Below are positions 18,013 to 28,252 of a DNA stretch of 40,522 nucleotides, piece by piece. Origin of the DNA: an uncultured Lachnospiraceae bacterium. Its GTDB lineage: Bacteria; Bacillota; Clostridia; Lachnospirales; Lachnospiraceae. A program made the position numbers and the translations under genes. The DNA lies in assembly GCA_902797385.1 (NCBI GenBank), contig CADBSR010000045.1:1-40522 (forward strand), written 5' to 3'. Positions within the stretch are counted from its first letter, which is position 1. Every line of letters begins with the position of its first letter. The notes beneath the pieces were generated by a model. That model saw nothing but the letters and a program-made list of their open reading frames with translations, made no database searches and was not told the DNA's origin.

Positions 18013-19177
18013 ACAATTGCTGAATGAAGAAGGTTCTCTGAACCAGATACGTACGGGCGCAGTCGTGACCGGCACCGTGATCGGCGTGAAAGACAACGAG
18101 ATCAACCTGAATATCGGCTACAAGGCCGACGGTGTCATTACGAAATCAGAGTACACCAACGATGCCGCTCTGGACCTGAAGGAAGCGGTTCATGTCGGGG
18201 ACGAACTGCGTGTGAAAGTTCTGAAAGTCAATGACGGGGAAGGTCAGGTACTGCTGTCTTACCGTCGTCTGGCCGTGGACCGGGCTTATGAGACCCTGCA
18301 GGATTCCTGCGAGAACGGGACCGTTCTGAAGGGGAAAGTCTCTCAGGTCACGACCGGCGGTTTAAGCGTTATGGTCGGCGGCGTACGCGTTTTCATCCCT
18401 GCCAGCATGGTATCGGATCATTTTGAACGCGATCTGAGCCACTATCAGGATCAGGAAATCGAATTCGTGATCACTGAATGCGTGCCCCGCAAGCGCCGCG
18501 TGATCGGTAACCGGAAGAAAGTTCTGGTCGAGCAGAAGGAAGCGGCCGAACAGGCTCTGCTTTCCTCCATCGAAGAAGGCATGATCCTGGAAGGCACCGT
18601 ACGGAGCCTGACAGATTTCGGTGCTTTCATCGATCTCGGCGGAGCGGACGGACTGCTGCACATTTCCGAAATGGGCTGGGGCCGTTATGAGCATCCCAAG
18701 AAGGTCTTTACTGTCGGCCAGAAGGTTGAAGTTTTTGTCAAGAGCATCAAGGGCAAGAAGATCAGCCTGTCCATGAAGTTCCCGGATCAGAATCCCTGGC
18801 TGAACGCGGATGAAAAATATGCGATCGGGAATGTTGTGAAGGGCACGGTTGCCCGTATGCAGGACTTCGGCGCTTTCGTACAGCTGGCTCCGGGCGTAGA
18901 TGCTCTGCTTCACGTTTCCCAGATCTCTCCGGATCGTATTGAAAAGCCTTCGGACGTTCTGCAGGTTGGTCAGGAGATCGAAGCCAAGGTCGTGGAATAC
19001 GACAGCGAGAACAAGCGGATCAGCATTTCCATCAAGGCTCTGGAAATGGATCGGGAACGCCCTTCGGCCGCTCCGACCATTGAGATCCCTGAGGAAGTCA
19101 GCGCCGCCGTTCAGGAAGGCGAAGAAGCCGTCCAGACGCTGGGCGATGTGCTGAACGAGATCCCGGTCGAAGAATAA
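17993..19177 (+). CDS. rpsA: 30S ribosomal protein S1-like (four S1/OB-fold repeats)
   Basis: Start set to TTG 17993, with GAGGAGG at 17977-17983 and 9-nt spacing. This overlaps the ispH 3' end by 20 nt in another frame. S1 repeats recur, e.g. ...G.VV.G.V......G..V....G..G..H.SE.... Confidence 0.8.
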   Translation: MSEVSFEQLLNEEGSLNQIRTGAVVTGTVIGVKDNEINLNIGYKADGVITKSEYTNDAALDLKEAVHVGDELRVKVLKVNDGEGQVLLSYRRLAVDRAYETLQDSCENGTVLKGKVSQVTTGGLSVMVGGVRVFIPASMVSDHFERDLSHYQDQEIEFVITECVPRKRRVIGNRKKVLVEQKEAAEQALLSSIEEGMILEGTVRSLTDFGAFIDLGGADGLLHISEMGWGRYEHPKKVFTVGQKVEVFVKSIKGKKISLSMKFPDQNPWLNADEKYAIGNVVKGTVARMQDFGAFVQLAPGVDALLHVSQISPDRIEKPSDVLQVGQEIEAKVVEYDSENKRISISIKALEMDRERPSAAPTIEIPEEVSAAVQEGEEAVQTLGDVLNEIPVEE

Positions 19178-19197
19178 AGACCGGTCGTTTACGGAAG

Positions 19198-19226
19198 AAA
19201 AGGCAGGGCGCGGCCCTGCCTTTTTT
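19198..19226 (+). terminator. rho-independent terminator after rpsA
   Basis: GGCAGGGC (19202-19209) pairs with GCCCTGCC (19213-19220). The stem is flanked by an upstream A-rich tract and TTTTTT (19221-19226). Confidence 0.8.
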
Positions 19227-19236
19227 GGTAAATGAC

Positions 19237-19265
19237 TTGCTTTTCTTTCCGCTTTGCGCTATGAT
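19237..19265 (+). promoter_or_regulatory. candidate promoter of the 249-aa lipoprotein gene
   Basis: TTGCTT (19237-19242), a 17-nt spacer, then TATGAT (19260-19265). Confidence 0.45.
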
Positions 19266-19297
19266 AAGTCCAAACTGTGATTTTAGGGAGGGAGCTA

Positions 19298-20047
19298 ATG
19301 CGTTCCTTAAAGAAATACCTAATCCCTGTTCTTCTCATCCTGGCCCTGGTCCTTTCCTTAAGTGCCTGCCAGGGAGATGAACCCATCGAGACAACCCCGG
19401 GCCTGACCCTTCCGGTCAGCAGTCCCAATCAGACATATAACCCCGGAACAGAAACACAAAGACCGGATCCGACGGTCTCCACGATCGAAGACCCGTTAGA
19501 GGATTATCCTTTTGCTCCCGAGCTGACGGGCATCTACCTGACAAGAGACGGAAAGATCCAGAGCGCGGAAGTGACGGATTTTGACAACAGCCCTTATCCG
19601 ACAGCCCGTTACAGCCCGGTCGAACTGAAGACCTTCGTTGAAAAGAGAGTAGCCGCGTACAATGAAGACAACGGTCAGGATGCCGTAAAGATCGAACGTC
19701 TGGAAGTAAAGGACAAGACGGCTGAGCTCGTTCTGTCCTACAAGACCATGGACGATTTCATGAATTTCCAGGGCGCTGAATTCGGGGTAAAGCACCTGAA
19801 TCTGCTGTCCCGGGAAGACGCGATCCGCAAGTATGACGTCAAGAACCTGGTCGACACCAAGGGCAACAAGGCCGATCTGCTGACCGCCCTTTCAGCCAGA
19901 GATTCAAAAGTTCTGGTCATCGTCGGCAAGACGCATGTGACAGTCAACGGAGATATCGGGTATCTGTCGGAAAACATGATCCTTACGGGAAACAACTCGG
20001 CCCACTGTGATTCGGACCAGGGGTATTCCTACATCATCTTCCGCTAA
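19298..20047 (+). CDS. hypothetical lipoprotein
   Basis: Start set to ATG 19298, with AGGGAGGGAG upstream. It has a signal peptide with lipobox ...LVLSLSA|C. I recognised no family. Confidence 0.7.
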   Translation: MRSLKKYLIPVLLILALVLSLSACQGDEPIETTPGLTLPVSSPNQTYNPGTETQRPDPTVSTIEDPLEDYPFAPELTGIYLTRDGKIQSAEVTDFDNSPYPTARYSPVELKTFVEKRVAAYNEDNGQDAVKIERLEVKDKTAELVLSYKTMDDFMNFQGAEFGVKHLNLLSREDAIRKYDVKNLVDTKGNKADLLTALSARDSKVLVIVGKTHVTVNGDIGYLSENMILTGNNSAHCDSDQGYSYIIFR

Positions 20048-20074
20048 GACCCGTAAAAAGAGTGCATTGAATGT

Positions 20075-20105
20075 ACGGGAATGGGCAACCACTCCCGTCT
20101 TTTTG
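20075..20105 (+). terminator. rho-independent terminator between the lipoprotein gene and glyQS
   Basis: ACGGGA (20075-20080) pairs with TCCCGT (20093-20098), with inner TGG/CCA pairs and a GCAA loop. It is followed by CTTTTTG. Confidence 0.55.
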
Positions 20106-20135
20106 AAAGAAGACTTCAGAAACAGGAGAACAAAC

Positions 20136-21530
20136 ATGGAAAAAACAATGGATAAGATCGTGGCATTATGCAAATCGCGGGGCTTCATTTTCCCCGGTTC
20201 AGAGATATACGGCGGCCTGGCCAACACCTGGGATTACGGCCCGCTGGGTGTAGAGCTGAAAAACAATATCAAAAAGGCCTGGTGGCAGAAATTTGTTCAG
20301 GAGAACAGCTATAACGTAGGTCTGGATGCGGCGATCCTGATGAATCCGCAGACCTGGGTGGCGAGCGGTCACCTGGCCGGTTTCTCGGATCCATTAATGG
20401 ACTGCCGGGAATGCCATGAGCGCTTCCGGGCGGACAAGCTGATCGAAGACTGGTGCGGCGCTCAGGGCTTCACCCTGCCGAAGCCGATCGATGCCTTCTC
20501 ACAGGATGAGATGAAAGCGTTCGTGGAAGAGCACAATATCCCCTGCCCGACCTGCGGCAAGCACAACTTTACCGACATCCGTCAGTTCAACCTGATGTTC
20601 AAGACCTTCCAGGGTGTGACGGAAAACAGCAAAAACACCCTGTATCTGCGGCCGGAAACCGCACAGGGCATCTTTACGAACTTTGTCAATGTTCAGCGTA
20701 CGACCCGGCGGAAGCTGCCCTTCGGCATCGGCCAGATCGGAAAATCCTTCCGGAACGAGATCACGCCCGGCAACTTTATCTTCCGTGTCCGTGAGTTTGA
20801 GCAGATGGAACTGGAATTCTTCTGCAAGCCCGGAACCGACCTGGAATGGTTTGACTACTGGCGCGCCTTCTGCAAAAACTGGCTGCTGAGCATCGGCTTA
20901 AAGGAAGAAGATATCCGGCTGCGTGACCATGATCCGGAAGAGCTGGTGTTCTATTCCAAGGCAACCACGGACTTTGAGTATCTGTTCCCCTTCGGCTGGG
21001 GTGAACTCTGGGGCGTGGCGGACCGCACGGATTACGACCTGACCCAGCATATGAACACCTCCGGACAGGATCTGACCTATTTTGATCCGGATACAAATGA
21101 GCGCTATGTGCCTTATGTCATTGAGCCTTCGTTGGGGGTCGAGCGCAGCGTGCTGGCGGTCCTGTGCGGCGCATACGATGAAGAAGTTCTGGATGAGGCG
21201 AAGGGCGATGTCAGAACCGTCCTGCACTTCCATCCGGCCATCGCTCCGGTCAAGGTGGCGGTCCTGCCGCTTTCCAAGAAACTGAGCGAAGGCGCGGAAA
21301 AGGTTTTTGCGGATCTTTGCCGCTACTACAACTGCGAATTTGACGTGACCGGCAATATCGGAAAGCGTTACCGCCGTCAGGATGAAATCGGGACGCCGTA
21401 CTGCGTGACCTATGACTTCGACTCCGAAACGGACGGTGCCGTAACCATCCGTGAAAGAGATACCATGAGCCAGGTCCGGGTCCCGATCGCAGAATTAAAG
21501 AACTGGTTTGAGGATAAATTCCGTCTGTAA
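20136..21530 (+). CDS. glyQS: glycine--tRNA ligase (alpha2 dimeric type)
   Basis: Start at ATG 20136 (AGGAGA 6 nt upstream). [38 protein letters not shown]... is the canonical GlyQS N-terminus, and class II motifs are present (...[25 protein letters not shown]...). Confidence 0.92.
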   Translation: MEKTMDKIVALCKSRGFIFPGSEIYGGLANTWDYGPLGVELKNNIKKAWWQKFVQENSYNVGLDAAILMNPQTWVASGHLAGFSDPLMDCRECHERFRADKLIEDWCGAQGFTLPKPIDAFSQDEMKAFVEEHNIPCPTCGKHNFTDIRQFNLMFKTFQGVTENSKNTLYLRPETAQGIFTNFVNVQRTTRRKLPFGIGQIGKSFRNEITPGNFIFRVREFEQMELEFFCKPGTDLEWFDYWRAFCKNWLLSIGLKEEDIRLRDHDPEELVFYSKATTDFEYLFPFGWGELWGVADRTDYDLTQHMNTSGQDLTYFDPDTNERYVPYVIEPSLGVERSVLAVLCGAYDEEVLDEAKGDVRTVLHFHPAIAPVKVAVLPLSKKLSEGAEKVFADLCRYYNCEFDVTGNIGKRYRRQDEIGTPYCVTYDFDSETDGAVTIRERDTMSQVRVPIAELKNWFEDKFRL

Positions 21531-21553
21531 GGACGGCTCCGGAAAGGAGACGT

Positions 21554-23011
21554 ATGAAACGATTCGTGTACAGTCTCTGTCTCTGCATTCTGATGGGCAT
21601 CTGTGCCTGGTCAGCTTCCATCCGCGCCGATGAAGTCGCGGAAAAGGAAAGCGAAGTGCAGGAGATAGAGGATGACATCAAAAAACAACAGGAACAGCAA
21701 AAGAAAGCAGAGGAAAACGCCAACTGGATCAAATATCTGCGCGGCAAGCTCCAGGAAGAGCTGGATGTGGCGCAGGTGGAACTGAATGCCATCCTGGATG
21801 AACTGATTGAACTGAACAAGCAGGTCGAGGATACCAGTTCGTTTGTTGACTACTATCTGGAGCAGAGAGTGGAGTCCGAACAGAAACTGGCCGAACAGAA
21901 GGCCGCCATGGCGCTCCGGATCCAGTATACCTATGAGACCGGGAGCACATCCTTCTGGGAGATCCTGTTCGGGGCCAAGTCTCTGGGGCAGATCCTCAAC
22001 AGCGCGGAATATATCAGCTCCATGTCGACCTATGACAAGACCATGCGGGACGAATATGAAGCAACGCTGGCGGAATGCTCAGAAAATCTGGATCTGATGA
22101 TGGAAGAAGAGAGCCGTCTGATGGATCTTCTGGATCAGTCTGCTCAAAAAGAAGCTGAATATACCGCCAAAACGAATGAGATGCTCGCGAAGATCGAGGA
22201 ATACAATGCCCGTGCCGCGGCTTATTCGGAACAGGCGGCCGCATATCAGGAAGAAGTCCTGAGACAGCAGGAAAACCTGATCCAGGCACGGGAAGCGGCC
22301 AGGAAGGCGGCGGAAGAGGCCGCTCGCCGCAAGGCTGAGGAAGAGGCGGCCAGAAAGCGCGCGGAAGAGGAAGCTGCCAGACAGAAAGCGGAAGCCGATG
22401 CCAGACGGGCCGCCGAGGAAGCCGCCAAACGGGCGGCCGAGGAAGCAGCCCGGATAAAAGCGGAGGAGGAAGCCGCTGCAGCGGCAGCCAAAGCCGAGCA
22501 GGAGCAGATCGAACGCGAAAGACAGGAACTTCTGGAGAGGACCGCAGAAGAAAAGCGGGCAGCGCAGGAAGCGGCCCTCATCGCCTCTGACAGACGTGCA
22601 GTGGGATCCATTATCATCGATCCGGACCTGATCAATCCCAGCGGCTATACCAATCTGGAACTGCTGGCGGCGATCATTGACTGTGAAGCCGGCGGCCAGA
22701 CTTATGAAGGCCGGGTCGCGGTCGGGAACGTCATCATGAACCGGATCCTGGATCCGCGTTTCCAGACGACCATTTATGACGTCGTATACGGCCCGGGACA
22801 GTTCTCCCCGGTGAAGAACGGCTTTTTAGCGCGGAAGCTGGCGCAGGGCGCCAGACCGGAGTGCGTCGCGGCTGCGAAGGATGTTCTGGCCGGCGTCTGG
22901 GTCATTCCAAAGGAATATCTGTATTTCTGCACGCCGGAAGCGTTTGAAAAACGGCCGCCGAGACACTATACCTCCAAGATCACCGTCTGCTGGCATGTGT
23001 TCTATTACTGA
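21554..23011 (+). CDS. secreted cell-wall hydrolase: N-terminal coiled coil, Ala/Glu/Arg/Lys low-complexity linker, and a C-terminal SleB-type (Hydrolase_2) domain
   Basis: It has a signal peptide MKRFVYSLCLCILMGICAWSASIRA and a long heptad-like region. AEEAARRKAEEEAARKRAEEEAARQKAE... repeats follow. The C-terminus ...ELLAAIIDCEAGGQTYEGRVAVGNVIMNRI......VVYGPGQFSPV matches the SleB family. Confidence 0.8.
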   Translation: MKRFVYSLCLCILMGICAWSASIRADEVAEKESEVQEIEDDIKKQQEQQKKAEENANWIKYLRGKLQEELDVAQVELNAILDELIELNKQVEDTSSFVDYYLEQRVESEQKLAEQKAAMALRIQYTYETGSTSFWEILFGAKSLGQILNSAEYISSMSTYDKTMRDEYEATLAECSENLDLMMEEESRLMDLLDQSAQKEAEYTAKTNEMLAKIEEYNARAAAYSEQAAAYQEEVLRQQENLIQAREAARKAAEEAARRKAEEEAARKRAEEEAARQKAEADARRAAEEAAKRAAEEAARIKAEEEAAAAAAKAEQEQIERERQELLERTAEEKRAAQEAALIASDRRAVGSIIIDPDLINPSGYTNLELLAAIIDCEAGGQTYEGRVAVGNVIMNRILDPRFQTTIYDVVYGPGQFSPVKNGFLARKLAQGARPECVAAAKDVLAGVWVIPKEYLYFCTPEAFEKRPPRHYTSKITVCWHVFYY

Positions 23012-23045
23012 CATGAAATAAAGATTTGCGGATAAAGGAAACCCT

Positions 23046-24449
23046 ATGAAGATCTTTAATACATTATCCAGAACCAAGGAAGAGTTTGTCCCTCTTGAAG
23101 CCGGAAAGGTCCGCATGTATGTGTGCGGCCCTACGGTCTACAACCTGATCCATATCGGCAATGCCCGCCCCATGATCTTTTTTGATACGGTGCGGCGTTA
23201 CCTGGAATATAAAGGCTATGAGGTCAATTACGTCTCCAACTTTACGGACGTCGATGACAAGATCATCAAGCGGGCCATGGAAGAGGCGGTGGATGCCTCT
23301 GTCATTTCCGAGCGTTATATTGAAGAATGCAAAAAGGACATGGCGGGCATGGACGTCCGTCCTGCCACCACGCATCCCAAGGCGACCGAGGAAATTGACG
23401 GGATGATCGACATGATCCGGACCCTGATCGAAAAAGGCTACGCTTATGAGGTGAACGGAACGGTTTATTACCGCGTGCGCCGCTTCCGTACCTACGGCAG
23501 ACTTTCCGGCAAAAACCTGGACGATCTGATCAGCGGGAACCGCACCCTTCTGGTAACGGGAGAGGAAGAAAAGGAAAATCCCGGGGACTTTGTCCTGTGG
23601 AAACCCAAGAAAGAAGGCGAGCCTTACTGGGAATCTCCCTGGGGACAGGGCCGGCCCGGCTGGCATATCGAATGCTCGGTCATGTCCAAAAAATACCTGG
23701 GTGAGCAGATCGATATCCACGGCGGCGGAGAAGACCTGATCTTCCCGCATCATGAAAACGAGATCGCGCAGAGCGAAGCCGTTTCCGGCAAGACTTTTGC
23801 GCGTTACTGGATGCACAATGCCTTTTTGAACATTGACAACCGCAAGATGTCCAAGTCGCTGGGCAATTTCTTTACGGTGCGGGAGATCGCTGCAAAATAC
23901 GATCTGAAAGTGCTGCGCTTCTTTATGCTGAGCGCGCATTACCGCAGTCCATTAAACTTCAGTGCCGAGCTGATGGAAGCGGCCAAGAACGGTCTGGAAA
24001 GGATCGAAACGGCGCTCCTGCGCCTGTCGGAGGAAGCCGGCAAGTGCCCGGAACAGGCTCCGGCCGATGCGGCGGAAAAGCCTCTGGAGATGCTTCAGCA
24101 GTTAAAAACGCGCTTTGAGGAAGCCATGGACGACGACTTCAATACGGCTGATGCCATTTCCGTATTGTTTGAACTGGTCAAGTTTGCCAATACGCTGGAA
24201 CCGTCCCGGGTCAGCCGTGCCGACTGGGACGCCGTGCGGGAAACGGCGCTCCTCCTGTCGGACGTTCTGGGCATCCGGGAACCGGTCAAGGAACTGCTGG
24301 ATGCCGATATAGAGGCACTGATCGAAGAACGTCAGGCCGCCCGTAAGGCAAAGAACTACGGCCGTGCGGATGAGATCCGGAAGCTCCTGTCCGAAAAAGG
24401 GATCCTTCTGGAGGATACCCGGGATGGCGTCAAATGGAAGAGAGCATAA
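23046..24449 (+). CDS. cysS: cysteine--tRNA ligase
   Basis: 467 aa. It has the HIGN (HIGH-type) motif ...[16 protein letters not shown]..., GWHIECS and KMSKS. Confidence 0.95.
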   Translation: MKIFNTLSRTKEEFVPLEAGKVRMYVCGPTVYNLIHIGNARPMIFFDTVRRYLEYKGYEVNYVSNFTDVDDKIIKRAMEEAVDASVISERYIEECKKDMAGMDVRPATTHPKATEEIDGMIDMIRTLIEKGYAYEVNGTVYYRVRRFRTYGRLSGKNLDDLISGNRTLLVTGEEEKENPGDFVLWKPKKEGEPYWESPWGQGRPGWHIECSVMSKKYLGEQIDIHGGGEDLIFPHHENEIAQSEAVSGKTFARYWMHNAFLNIDNRKMSKSLGNFFTVREIAAKYDLKVLRFFMLSAHYRSPLNFSAELMEAAKNGLERIETALLRLSEEAGKCPEQAPADAAEKPLEMLQQLKTRFEEAMDDDFNTADAISVLFELVKFANTLEPSRVSRADWDAVRETALLLSDVLGIREPVKELLDADIEALIEERQAARKAKNYGRADEIRKLLSEKGILLEDTRDGVKWKRA

Positions 24450-24856
24450 GAAAAGCCTTTGAACTGTCTGCTCCCTCCGTCCGTCAGGTCCCCGCTTTGT
24501 CGCTGGCGTACCTGGGCGATGCAGTTTATGAGCTAGTGGTCCGGACGGTGCTTCTGGAACAGGAAGGCGGAAAAAACGGAGCCCTGCATCATCGGACGCT
24601 GCCGTATGTTTCAGCGGTCGGACAGGCCAGAATGGCCCAAGGGCTTCTGCCGGAGTTGACGGAAGAAGAACAGGCCGTATACCGGCGTGGAAAAAATGCA
24701 AAACCCGAGCACGGTGCCAAAAGCGCCAGTGCACAGGAATATCATATGGCGACGGGTCTGGAGGCCCTGATAGGGTCATTGTACCTGGAAGGAAAAACAG
24801 ACCGGATCCTGGAACTCATCAGAAAGGGGATGGCGTATGCCGCAGGAAAGGATTGA
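24434..24856 (+). CDS. mrnC: mini-ribonuclease III
   Basis: 140 aa. ...LSLAYLGDAVYELVVR... is present. It occupies the conserved Firmicutes position between cysS and rlmB and overlaps cysS by 16 nt. Confidence 0.85.
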   Translation: MEESIRKAFELSAPSVRQVPALSLAYLGDAVYELVVRTVLLEQEGGKNGALHHRTLPYVSAVGQARMAQGLLPELTEEEQAVYRRGKNAKPEHGAKSASAQEYHMATGLEALIGSLYLEGKTDRILELIRKGMAYAAGKD

Positions 24857-25577
24857 AGGCCGCAATGCCGTTCGCGAAGCGTTAAAAGCCGGCCGGCCGC
24901 TGGAAAAGCTGATCCTTCAGAAAGGATTGACAGATCCGGCTCTGCGCCAGATCACCGACCTGGCCAGGGAACAGGGGATCCGGCCTCTTTTATTGGAAAA
25001 AGAGCGGCTGGATGAGCTTTCCCCGACCGGGCATCATCAGGGGGTCATGGCCGAGATGGCAGCCTATTCCTATGCGTCCGTGGAAGAGATCCTTGCCGCT
25101 GCGAGAGCAAAAAAGGAAGACCCTTTCCTGCTCCTTCTGGACGGGATCGAGGATCCGCACAATTTGGGCGCTATCCTGCGCTCTGCCCACCAGGCAGGAG
25201 CTCATGGCGTTATAATCCCCAAAAACCGCGCGGTCGGACTGAATGCAACGGTTGCAAGAGTTTCGGCAGGCGCCATCAATTATATTCCGGTCGCCCGGGT
25301 CACCAATATCTCCCGGACCATGGAAGAACTGAAGAAAGAAGGCCTGTGGTTTGTCTGCGCAGACATGGACGGGGAAGTGATGTACCGCCAGGATCTGACA
25401 GGGCCGATCGGCCTCGTGATCGGCAGCGAAGGTGACGGTGTCTCCGCACTGGTCAAAAAACACTGTGATCATATCACCTCGATCCCCATGAGCGGGCAGA
25501 TCGACTCGTTAAATGCTTCGGTCGCCGCAGGGATCCTGGCGTTTGAGATCGTAAGACAAAGAAAGTTCAGGAATTGA
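24837..25577 (+). CDS. rlmB: 23S rRNA (guanosine-2'-O)-methyltransferase, TrmH/SpoU family
   Basis: 246 aa. It has an N-terminal ...EGRNAVREAL... substrate-binding region and SpoU motifs ...LDGIEDPHNLGAILRSA..., ...LVIGSEGDGVS... and ...IPMSGQIDSLNASVAAGI.... Confidence 0.85.
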   Translation: MPQERIEGRNAVREALKAGRPLEKLILQKGLTDPALRQITDLAREQGIRPLLLEKERLDELSPTGHHQGVMAEMAAYSYASVEEILAAARAKKEDPFLLLLDGIEDPHNLGAILRSAHQAGAHGVIIPKNRAVGLNATVARVSAGAINYIPVARVTNISRTMEELKKEGLWFVCADMDGEVMYRQDLTGPIGLVIGSEGDGVSALVKKHCDHITSIPMSGQIDSLNASVAAGILAFEIVRQRKFRN

Positions 25578-25607
25578 TATTGATTGTAGAAGGAGACGAA
25601 ACAATTT

Positions 25608-26831
25608 ATGTCAGTTTGTGTTCGAAGTGAGATCGGCCGGTTGAAACGGGTCCTGCTGCAGACCCCCGGCCAGGAGCTGGAACATCTGGTGCCGGAGACA
25701 ATGGGAACCCTGCTTTTTGACGATATCCCGTATCTGCGCCGGGCCAGGGAAGAGCATAACGAATTTGCCACACTACTGCGAAGTCAGGGAGTTGAAGTCC
25801 TTTTCCTGGACGAGCTGACTGCGCAGACTCTGAAGGCTGTGCCCGGGCTTCGTGACCAGTTTATTCGGGACGCGGTGGAGCAGGCCGGCAGCATTGCCCG
25901 GGGATACCGGGACGCTGCCGTAGAGTATCTGCGAAGCATTCCGGACGATCTGGACATGATCCGCCGTATCATGGCCGGGATCCCGCGCCAGGAAATCTTT
26001 CCCCGGAATTCAGGCCATCTGATCGATCAGTTGGGAGAGCGTTCCGATTTCATTATTCCCCCCATGCCGAATTTGTATTTTACCCGCGATCCGTTTGCCA
26101 TTATCGGCACCGGGGTCAGTCTGCATCATATGCACACGAAGACCCGCAAGCGGGAAGTCATTTTCGGCCAGTATATTTTCAATTATCATCCGGACTACCG
26201 GGACAGCGTGCCGCAGTATTATAAGCGGGAAGCGTATTTCAGCATCGAGGGCGGCGATATCCTGAACCTCAGCGCGAAGGTGCTGGCGGTGGGGATCTCC
26301 GAGAGAACGCAGGCGGAAGCCGTGGAGGAACTGGCTCGGAACATCTTCGCGGATGAGAACGGGCAGATCGAAACGGTCCTGGCGTTTGCCATTCCGCATT
26401 CGCGGGCCTTTATGCACCTGGATACGGTTTTCACCCAGGTCGATACCGACAAGTTTACCGTTCATCCCGGCATCCTTCCCTTCCTTAGGATCTTTGAGAT
26501 CAGAGGAAAAGGGGAAAAGACACTCTCGATTCGGGAGCTGGAGGAGAGTCCGGAAACAATTCTGGCCAGATATCTGGAACTGGACAAAGTTCAGTTGATC
26601 CGCTGCGGCGGCGGCGACAGGATCGCGGCCGACCGGGAGCAGTGGAATGACGGGTCCAATACCCTGTGCATCAGTCCGGGCAAGGTCCTGGTCTATGACA
26701 GGAACTATGTGACGAACCGTCTTCTGGAAGAAAGCGGGATTGAGGTCCTGGCTTTCAACGGATCGGAACTGTCCCGGGGACGGGGCGGCCCGAGATGTAT
26801 GAGCATGCCTTTTGACAGAGAGCAGATCTGA
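25608..26831 (+). CDS. arcA: arginine deiminase
   Basis: 407 aa. The N-terminus ...SEIGRLKRVLLQTPGQELEHL..., then ...FTRDPF..., ...HLDTVFT... and the C-terminal catalytic ...GGPRCMSMP are present. Confidence 0.9.
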   Translation: MSVCVRSEIGRLKRVLLQTPGQELEHLVPETMGTLLFDDIPYLRRAREEHNEFATLLRSQGVEVLFLDELTAQTLKAVPGLRDQFIRDAVEQAGSIARGYRDAAVEYLRSIPDDLDMIRRIMAGIPRQEIFPRNSGHLIDQLGERSDFIIPPMPNLYFTRDPFAIIGTGVSLHHMHTKTRKREVIFGQYIFNYHPDYRDSVPQYYKREAYFSIEGGDILNLSAKVLAVGISERTQAEAVEELARNIFADENGQIETVLAFAIPHSRAFMHLDTVFTQVDTDKFTVHPGILPFLRIFEIRGKGEKTLSIRELEESPETILARYLELDKVQLIRCGGGDRIAADREQWNDGSNTLCISPGKVLVYDRNYVTNRLLEESGIEVLAFNGSELSRGRGGPRCMSMPFDREQI

Positions 26832-26859
26832 AGATAACTCATGAAAGGAAACAGTTGCC

Positions 26860-28242
26860 ATGATCACACGTGAACTGTGCGAAAAAGTCCTGGCCGCGGC
26901 GGCTTCCACTGGCGCCGATTATGCCGAACTTTTCGCCGAAAAAACCTTCAATCGTTCTGTCAACATGCTGGACAGCCGTGTACAGCAGATGAATGACAAT
27001 GTGGTAGCCGGTGTGGGCATTCGGGTCTTTAAAGGACTTCGAAGTGTGGCTGCCTCAACCGTGGATACTTCAGAGGAGGGCTTGATCCGCTGTGCGAAAC
27101 AGGCTGCCTCCGCCCTGGGAGAAGGAAATGCCCAGATCTCTATTGTCCTGAAGGAGCGCCGGTTTGGAGATATCCATCCCATCCGTATCGTTCCCGGCAG
27201 TGCCAAGGCGAAAGAGAAGGTCGATATCCTGAAAACCGCGTATTTTGCTGCGAAAGAAGCAGATCCGGCTATCGTTCAGGTCTCAGGCAGTCTGCTGGAT
27301 GTGGATCACAATATCCTGGTGGCAAACTCGGAAGGGATCTATGCCGAAGACCGGCAGATCCGTGTTCGTCTGGCCATCAGCGCGATTGCCGATAAGGGCA
27401 TGGGAACACAGACAGGCAGCGCCGGTCCCGGGGGAAGAAAGGGACTGGAATTCTTTACGGAAGACGTGGATCTTGCGGCTGTCGGAAAAGAAGCGGCCCG
27501 CCAGGCACTGGTCATGGCCGGCGCCGGTTATTGCCCGGCCGGTGTCATGCCGGTCGTCATTGACAATGGCTTCGGCGGTGTCATTTTCCATGAAGCCTGC
27601 GGACATTCTCTGGAAGCCAGCAGCGTGGCCTACGGCACCAGCCAGATGGCCGGCAAGCTGGGACAGAAGATCGCCAACGAAAAGGTAACCGCCGTAGATG
27701 ACGGTACGATTCCGAATGCCTGGGGCTCCGTCAACTTTGACGATGAGGGAACGCCTTCCCGCCGGAATGTTCTGATCGAGAACGGGATCTTAAAGAGCTA
27801 TATGATCGATAAATTCGGCGGCCGCCGCATGGGAATGGCTCCCACCGGAAATGCCCGCCGCCAGAGCTATGCGTATGTTACGACCTCCCGCATGACCAAC
27901 ACCTTTATCTGTGCCGGAGAAGATAAGAACGAGGATATCATCGGCTCCGTGGAATATGGCCTGTATGCCAAGGATATGGGCGGCGGTTCCGTCAATCCTG
28001 CCACGGGCAGCTTCAACTTTGCCGTCAAGGAAGGCTATCTGATCCGGAACGGAAAGATCTGTGAGCCGGTCCGAGGCGCTTCTTTGGTCGGCACCGGTTC
28101 CGATATCCTGATGAAGATCGATATGGTCGGCCAGAATCTGGCCCGGGCGCAGGGCATGTGCGGTTCCAGCTCGGGCTCCATCCCGACGGATGTCGGTCAG
28201 CCCATGATCCGTGTTTCTTCCATTACGGTAGGCGGAAGATAA
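26860..28242 (+). CDS. tldD: TldD-family metalloprotease
   Basis: 460 aa. It has the HEACGHSLE zinc motif, and the C-terminus ...GMCGSSSGSIPTDVGQPMIRV... is typical of TldD. Confidence 0.9.
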   Translation: MITRELCEKVLAAAASTGADYAELFAEKTFNRSVNMLDSRVQQMNDNVVAGVGIRVFKGLRSVAASTVDTSEEGLIRCAKQAASALGEGNAQISIVLKERRFGDIHPIRIVPGSAKAKEKVDILKTAYFAAKEADPAIVQVSGSLLDVDHNILVANSEGIYAEDRQIRVRLAISAIADKGMGTQTGSAGPGGRKGLEFFTEDVDLAAVGKEAARQALVMAGAGYCPAGVMPVVIDNGFGGVIFHEACGHSLEASSVAYGTSQMAGKLGQKIANEKVTAVDDGTIPNAWGSVNFDDEGTPSRRNVLIENGILKSYMIDKFGGRRMGMAPTGNARRQSYAYVTTSRMTNTFICAGEDKNEDIIGSVEYGLYAKDMGGGSVNPATGSFNFAVKEGYLIRNGKICEPVRGASLVGTGSDILMKIDMVGQNLARAQGMCGSSSGSIPTDVGQPMIRVSSITVGGR

Positions 28243-28252
28243 GGAGGCAGAC

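Noticed and set aside
20048-20135. T-box leader upstream of glyQS (and upstream of cysS, 23012-23045).
   Set aside because: The intergenic regions are only 88 nt and 34 nt. I saw no T-box motif (AGGGTGGTACCGCG-like) and no specifier or antiterminator architecture. The hairpin at 20075-20105 looks like a simple terminator.
22246-22635. 129-aa minus-strand ORF rich in Ala/Ser (AASSAARLAASS...).
   Set aside because: It is the mirror image of the AEEAARK repeat of the SleB-like gene and has no independent signals.
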